Notes under the pieces: generated by a model | Told to the model about the DNA's origin: nothing | Database searches by the model: none | What the model saw: the letters and a program-made list of their open reading frames with translations, nothing else | Translations under genes and position numbers: made by a program | Part shown: piece by piece, positions 57,738-64,000 of the stretch | Numbering within the stretch: position 1 is the stretch's first letter | Layout of the letters: each line of letters starts with the position of its first letter | Assembly (NCBI GenBank): GCA_009885745.1 | Contig: VFKC01000025.1 | Coordinates: 88,415 to 152,414, forward strand | DNA length: 64,000 bases | Source: Actinomycetota bacterium | GTDB taxonomy: Bacteria; Actinomycetota; Actinomycetes; S36-B12; UBA5976 | Reading direction: 5' to 3'

Positions 57738-59183
57738 ATGACAGTTCACGCAATGGAGATTCAATCTCCGAGCTTGGATTTAATTCACGCGCTAGTCACT
57801 AACATTGGCAACTCTGTCTCTGATCTAAACGGTGTAGTGCCAGTCAAACCAGATTTCTGCAAAATTGAATTACTTGAGGCGTTAAGACAAATCGATCAGC
57901 TTGTTTCCTGGTCCGAATCAATGCGAAATGTTCTGACTGTCGCTGCAGTTGGTAGCGAAGCTACATCTCTGCGCAAAACTGTGAATGGGCGAAGTAACTC
58001 TGTGCATGACATTCGTGCAATTGAGTTGGCAGCCGTGCTGGGAATCTCACCGCACGCAAGCCGCAATGTGGTTAACAATTCGCGTCTATTCATAACGCAA
58101 TTACCTCAGGTGCAGTCCGCCCTCGCTGATGGGACCTTAACCGCGTACAAGTCACGCATAATCTGTGATGGTGCCAGTGATTTACGGCGCCGGTTTAACA
58201 ATGCCGAGCAAGAAATGTCAGCCAAAATCTGGCAAAGGTTTCAGAATAGAGTGCTGCAACGTGCAGGCGAATTAAATGTCAGTCAACTTCGCCGCAAGGT
58301 GAATCTAACCGTCGCTCGGATGTCTCCACTAGCATCTGTTGAATCAGATTTGAATGCCCAAGAGGAAAGAACTGTCACTCTCACTCCTGCTGGAGATCAA
58401 ATGGCGTGGCTTAATGCCTACCTTCCGGCAATAGAAGCCTCACGCGTTTGGCAGGTGCTCAACCATGCGGCTAAGAATGACCCGCGACTTAGCGGATCGA
58501 TGGAACAGAAAATGGCTGATGCATTTGTTGGAATTATCGATGGAACCTGTGAATTGTCGCCTGAATTGAGAAACGCGACAGCCGAATTGCAAATTCTTGT
58601 TTCATTGTTAGATCTGACCAAAGCAACAAGCAGCCCGTCAGGTCTGTGCGGACAAAACGCTGGGCCAACTTTTGGTAATGGTTTGAGCGAAACACAAGTA
58701 TTGAACCCCCATATTTCTAGCCAGATTGTCGGTGAGATAAGTACCACAGGTCTACTTGTTGAGGGTCGTGCGTTGCTCGGGTTACTAGCCGATGCGAAAT
58801 TCAGGCGAATCTTGTTCGATCCAGATACTGGTGGCCTACTTGAATTTGGTCGGCAAACTTATCGACCACCAAAGAACTTGCGACAGCATGTGAAAATACG
58901 AGATAACACTTGTCGCGCTCCAGGTTGTGTTCGCAATGCTCGGTATTGCGACCTTGACCACATCAAGTCATGGGATTCTGGTGGAAATACCAATCAAGCA
59001 AACCTGGCTGCGCTTTGTCGCACTCATCACCTACTCAAAACGCACGGTGAATGGCGATACGAAATTGCCTCAGATGGAACAGCAAATTGGACTTTGCCGG
59101 GACCGATCCATCTTGAGCGACCAGTACATCGCTTAGTTGATGAACCTCACATCAAACATGATGCTGATCCGCCACCATTTTAG
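57738..59183 (+). CDS. DUF222 + HNH endonuclease protein (REP13E12-like family)
   Basis: DUF222-type N-terminal region. The C-terminal HNH is CRAPGCVRNARYCDLDHIKSWDSGGNTNQANLAALCRTHHLLKTHGEW. Confidence 0.8.
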   Translation: MTVHAMEIQSPSLDLIHALVTNIGNSVSDLNGVVPVKPDFCKIELLEALRQIDQLVSWSESMRNVLTVAAVGSEATSLRKTVNGRSNSVHDIRAIELAAVLGISPHASRNVVNNSRLFITQLPQVQSALADGTLTAYKSRIICDGASDLRRRFNNAEQEMSAKIWQRFQNRVLQRAGELNVSQLRRKVNLTVARMSPLASVESDLNAQEERTVTLTPAGDQMAWLNAYLPAIEASRVWQVLNHAAKNDPRLSGSMEQKMADAFVGIIDGTCELSPELRNATAELQILVSLLDLTKATSSPSGLCGQNAGPTFGNGLSETQVLNPHISSQIVGEISTTGLLVEGRALLGLLADAKFRRILFDPDTGGLLEFGRQTYRPPKNLRQHVKIRDNTCRAPGCVRNARYCDLDHIKSWDSGGNTNQANLAALCRTHHLLKTHGEWRYEIASDGTANWTLPGPIHLERPVHRLVDEPHIKHDADPPPF

Positions 59184-59208
59184 AATTTTTGCGACCGCGA
59201 AAACTTGA

Positions 59209-59523
59209 CTAGAGATTAAACCCTAGAGCCCGCAACATTTCGCGGCCTTCATCAGTGATTTTGTCTGGGCCCCATGGTGGCATCCAAACCCAGTTGAGTT
59301 TGAAGTCTGTTAGGTGACCGTCAAGAGCGGCTCTGGTCTGATCCTCAATTACATCCGTCAACGGGCACGCCGCAGAGGTAAGGGTCATGTCGATTGTCGC
59401 AATGTTGGTTTCATCAACCGTTACCGCGTAAACCAAACCGAGGTCCACAACGTTAATCCCCAATTCAGGATCAACTACATCTCGCATTAACTCGAAAACA
59501 TCATCTTCTTTAAGGATATCCAT
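59209..59523 (-). CDS. SUF-associated Fe-S assembly protein (DUF59/SufT-like)
   Basis: DPELGINVVDLGLVY...TLTSAACPL. It is the last gene of the suf operon. Confidence 0.8.
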   Translation of the reverse strand: MDILKEDDVFELMRDVVDPELGINVVDLGLVYAVTVDETNIATIDMTLTSAACPLTDVIEDQTRAALDGHLTDFKLNWVWMPPWGPDKITDEGREMLRALGFNL

Positions 59524-60012
59524 TTACTTACCTTCTCCGAGTTCGGTTGAATTAGCAATTTCGGTATTGTTTGGTACTTCAGCCCCGGCTTGAATTGCCG
59601 CATCTTTCCAGGCCATCCAGGAAAGTAAGGCACATTTAACTCGTGCAGGATATTGGGCAACTCCAACCAGAGCAATGCCATCGCCAAGGATATCTTCATC
59701 AGGTTCTTGAGTGCGCTGCATCATAGCGACCATGTGCTCAACAGCCTTTTCGCCTGTCTCAAAACTCTGGTCATTTAGTTGATCAAAAAGAATTGATGCC
59801 GAAGCCTGACTGATTGAACAGCCTTGACTATCGTAGGAAACCAAAAGAAGATCTGGATTCGCAGGATTAATCGAGACACGAAGAGTTATCTCATCCCCAC
59901 AAGTCGGATTTACGTGATGAACTTCACTCGCAAAATTAGGAGCCAGACCTTTACCGTGCGGATGTTTGTAATGGTCAAGGATTATTTCCTGGTAAAGGCT
60001 TTCGAGTTTCAT
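59524..60012 (-). CDS. sufU: SufU (IscU/NifU-like sulfur acceptor/scaffold)
   Basis: LYQEIILDHYKHP, NPTCGD, GCSISQAS, RVKCALL. Confidence 0.85.
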   Translation of the reverse strand: MKLESLYQEIILDHYKHPHGKGLAPNFASEVHHVNPTCGDEITLRVSINPANPDLLLVSYDSQGCSISQASASILFDQLNDQSFETGEKAVEHMVAMMQRTQEPDEDILGDGIALVGVAQYPARVKCALLSWMAWKDAAIQAGAEVPNNTEIANSTELGEGK

Positions 60013-60014
60013 AA

Positions 60015-61304
<1,290 letters not shown>

Positions 61305-62057
61305 TTACACCGCCGTGTACTGGGCGTAGCCATTCGCTTCAATGTCATCTGCTAATTCAGGTCCACCTTGGCGCACAATACGACCGTCAAAGAAAACGTG
61401 AACAAAATCTGGCTTTACGTAGTTCAAAATACGAGTGAAGTGAGTGATAAGAAGCACACCTGTTTCACCAGTAGCACGAACACGATTGATACCTTCAGAG
61501 ACAACGCGAAGCGCATCCACATCAAGACCTGAATCAGTCTCGTCAAGAATTGCGATGCTTGGCTTGATCAGTTCCATCTGCAGGATTTCGGTGCGCTTAC
61601 GCTCTCCACCAGAGAAGCCTTCATTGACACTTCGCTCAGCAAACTGCTGATCAATCTGCAGCGCGTTCATACTTTCTTTCAGTTCCTTGATCCAGGTGCG
61701 CAGGTTTGGAGCCTCGCCACGGATGGCTGTGATTGCGGTACGCAGGAAGTTGGAAACTGAAACACCCGGTACTTCAACTGGGTACTGCATGGCCAGGAAT
61801 AACCCAGCACGAGCGCGCTCATCAACACTCATCGCAAGAACATCTTGGCCATCTAGCGTCACTGTTCCACCGGTGATGTGGTACTTAGGGTGACCGGCGA
61901 TTGCATAAGCCAGAGTTGACTTACCAGAACCGTTTGGGCCCATCAACGCATGAGTCTCCCCGGCGCGGACAACTAGATCAACACCACGAAGGATGTCCTT
62001 GGGACCATCATCAGTTGTTACCTGAACTTCTAGACCTTTGATTTCTAATACGGACAT
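61305..62057 (-). CDS. sufC: Fe-S cluster assembly ATPase SufC
   Basis: GPNGSGKST, FSGGERKR, AILDETDSGLD. Confidence 0.9.
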   Translation of the reverse strand: MSVLEIKGLEVQVTTDDGPKDILRGVDLVVRAGETHALMGPNGSGKSTLAYAIAGHPKYHITGGTVTLDGQDVLAMSVDERARAGLFLAMQYPVEVPGVSVSNFLRTAITAIRGEAPNLRTWIKELKESMNALQIDQQFAERSVNEGFSGGERKRTEILQMELIKPSIAILDETDSGLDVDALRVVSEGINRVRATGETGVLLITHFTRILNYVKPDFVHVFFDGRIVRQGGPELADDIEANGYAQYTAV

Positions 62058-62059
62058 GA

Positions 62060-62398
62060 TTAACTCCTTGCGGTTTCTGTTAGTGACACGAAAATTGATG
62101 GATTGGCTTCATCGCCCGAAAGCGTAATGCCATAGGTTGCAACAGCTGTTGTTGCGGGTGGACCTGAAGGAGCGCCCGTACGTAAATCAAATGATGAGCC
62201 ATGTAACCAGCATTCGACTGCGCAGCCGTTGATTTCACCTTCACTCAATGACACTTCACCATGAGTGCAGATGTCATTTATTGCAAAGAATTCATCTTGA
62301 ACTTTAACGACTAAAACATCTTCACCATCAAGAACGAACTTGCGTGGCTTATTGTCTTCAAAATCGGAAACAAATCCGATTTCATGCAATGCACTCAT
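62060..62398 (-). CDS. Rieske [2Fe-2S] ferredoxin embedded in the suf operon
   Basis: C-T-H-G...C-x2-H (CTHGEV...ECWLHGS). It lies between sufD and sufC, as in many actinobacteria. Confidence 0.8.
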   Translation of the reverse strand: MSALHEIGFVSDFEDNKPRKFVLDGEDVLVVKVQDEFFAINDICTHGEVSLSEGEINGCAVECWLHGSSFDLRTGAPSGPPATTAVATYGITLSGDEANPSIFVSLTETARS

Positions 62399-63534
62399 TA
62401 ACGAAGACCTGCCAAACGCTCCTCAATGCGGGTACGAACCCCATCATTGATTTCAGGAACATTGATCTGGTTAAGCAAATCCTCAAAGAATCCTCGAAGT
62501 ACTAACATTCGGGCCTCATCAGCTGAAATACCACGTGACTCTAAGTAGAAAAGTTGCTCATCGTCAAAGCGTCCGGTTGTGCTGGCATGACCTGCACCAA
62601 CAATTTCACCAGTTTCAATTTCGAGGTTTGGCACTGAATCAGCACGACCTCCGCCGCTTAGGACAAGATTGCGGTTGATTTCGTAAGTTTCTGTGCCAAT
62701 TGCGTTGGAACGGATAAGTACATCGCCAATCCACACAGTGTGTGCACCATCGCCATTAAGTGCGCCCTTGTATACGACGTTGCTTCGGCAATGAGCCTGG
62801 CTGTGGTCAACGAATAATCTGTGCTCGGCATGCTGACCAGCACCAGCAAAGTACAGACCAATGAATTCTGCCGATCCGCCTGGTGCGTCATAGTCAACAC
62901 TTGGCAGAAGGCGAACAACGTCTCCACCTAGAGTGACGGCGATGTGCTTGCAAGTTGCATCGCGACCAAGACGAACGCGATGGTGACCTGCATGTACAGC
63001 ATCAATTTCCCAATCTTGAATGGAAACGATTGTGAGTTTTCCACCATCGGCCACATTTATATCGAGGTTTCCAGCGAAAGTGGCAGAACCACTGTGATTG
63101 ATAATCACAGTCGCTTCGCCAAATTGCTCAACATTTACATCGAGCTGATGAAATGCCACGCCATTGGTGCCAGCAATGGAGATTTGAATAGTCTCCGCTA
63201 CTTGAGTGTTCTTGGGAATTGTCAGGGTTGCAACATCAGCAATCTGCGTCCAGGCAAAAGTTGCTACTCGGTCAGTGAAACCTGCACGAGTGGCGTCCTT
63301 TGGGCTATTGGGTATAAAAGTCGCCCCACCAAGTGAAGTTGCAGTCACAACAACTGGAGACTGTGCCCCAATTTCACCAGTGTGTAAGCCGCGCAAGCGA
63401 GCCAAAGGCGTAAAACGCCATTCCTCTTCACGACCAACAAGGGTTGGAAAGTCAGCAAGATCTAGCGAGCGAATCTGTGGCGAGTGATCTGTGGCCGGAA
63501 CCAAGCTCACTTCATGTTCTGTAACAGCAGTCAC
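62398..63534 (-). CDS. sufD: Fe-S cluster assembly protein SufD
   Basis: 378 aa, beta-helix repeat pattern, C-terminal FYLESRGISADEARMLVLRGF. Confidence 0.85.
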   Translation of the reverse strand: MTAVTEHEVSLVPATDHSPQIRSLDLADFPTLVGREEEWRFTPLARLRGLHTGEIGAQSPVVVTATSLGGATFIPNSPKDATRAGFTDRVATFAWTQIADVATLTIPKNTQVAETIQISIAGTNGVAFHQLDVNVEQFGEATVIINHSGSATFAGNLDINVADGGKLTIVSIQDWEIDAVHAGHHRVRLGRDATCKHIAVTLGGDVVRLLPSVDYDAPGGSAEFIGLYFAGAGQHAEHRLFVDHSQAHCRSNVVYKGALNGDGAHTVWIGDVLIRSNAIGTETYEINRNLVLSGGGRADSVPNLEIETGEIVGAGHASTTGRFDDEQLFYLESRGISADEARMLVLRGFFEDLLNQINVPEINDGVRTRIEERLAGLR

Positions 63535-64000
63535 TTAGCCGACCGAGCCTTCCATTTGTAATTCGATTAGTCGGTTTAGTTCAAGCGCGTATTCCATTGG
63601 AAGTTCGCGAGCGATTGGCTCGACGAATCCACGAACGATCATGGCCATCGCTTCATCTTCACCCATGCCTCGGGACATCAGGTAGAACAACTGATCCTCA
63701 GAGACCTTAGATACAGATGCCTCGTGGCCTAGTGATACGTCATCTTCGCGAACATCGACGTACGGGTATGTGTCTGAGCGGGAAATGTCATCGACAAGAA
63801 GCGCGTCACACTTAACTGTGGACTTTGATCCATGGCAACCTTCAAGCACCTGAATCAGACCTCGGTATGAGGTACGACCGCCACCACGAGCAACTGACTT
63901 GCTAATGATTGAAGACGAAGTAAACGGCGCCGCGTGGACCATCTTTGCACCAGCATCCTGATGCTGACCTTCGCCAGCAAATGCGATGGAAAGTGTTTCA
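63535..64000 (-). CDS. sufB: Fe-S cluster assembly protein SufB, C-terminal part (continues beyond window end)
   Basis: ...SYRGLIQV...[29 protein letters not shown]. The reading frame stays open to position 64000. Confidence 0.85.
   Translation of the reverse strand, partial: ETLSIAFAGEGQHQDAGAKMVHAAPFTSSSIISKSVARGGGRTSYRGLIQVLEGCHGSKSTVKCDALLVDDISRSDTYPYVDVREDDVSLGHEASVSKVSEDQLFYLMSRGMGEDEAMAMIVRGFVEPIARELPMEYALELNRLIELQMEGSVG

Overview
This looks like core chromosome from a compact, fairly low-GC member of the Actinomycetota, at roughly 45-50% GC by hand count of a few lines. Lineage markers are RbpA, the mycothiol ligase MshC, Pup/PafA/Dop/ARC, PafBC, Ppm1+Lnt and an InhA/MabA-like pair. 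From memory, gene order follows several M. tuberculosis blocks: pgsA2-DUF881-sbp-DUF881-gcvH-garA-merR-DUF151-merR-gcvP; rbpA/ppm1; pepE-exonuclease-helY-tatCA-pafCBA; trmI/PAC2; mshC...uppP; and sufBDCSU. I call about 70 tightly packed CDS, many with 4-nt overlaps, plus one tRNA-Leu(GAG) and one glycine riboswitch in front of gcvP. I saw no CRISPR array, prophage, IS element, recognisable defence island or biosynthetic gene cluster. I cannot honestly point to a clear-cut novel multi-gene system, and most of the window is ordinary housekeeping. Points worth a second look: (1) a pupylation locus (arc-dop-pup-pafA) with the 20S genes prcBA missing from their canonical slot, Pup ending in GGE, and an ARC ATPase without the C-terminal GQYL-type docking motif. 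(2) An FKBP lipoprotein gene split into a 51-codon lipoprotein-signal ORF and an out-of-frame FKBP domain ORF. (3) A GarA/OdhI-type FHA protein whose N-terminal phospho-acceptor segment is replaced by a zinc ribbon. (4) An uncharacterised kinase-like / DUF3090 / histidine-phosphatase trio attached to mshC. (5) One apparently accessory DUF222-HNH gene with an AT-rich flank between an ABC-F gene and the suf operon. (6) Several convergent gene pairs with overlapping 3' ends, and one unusually long convergent spacer. All functional calls rest on motif recognition in the supplied translations and on remembered synteny. No database search was run.
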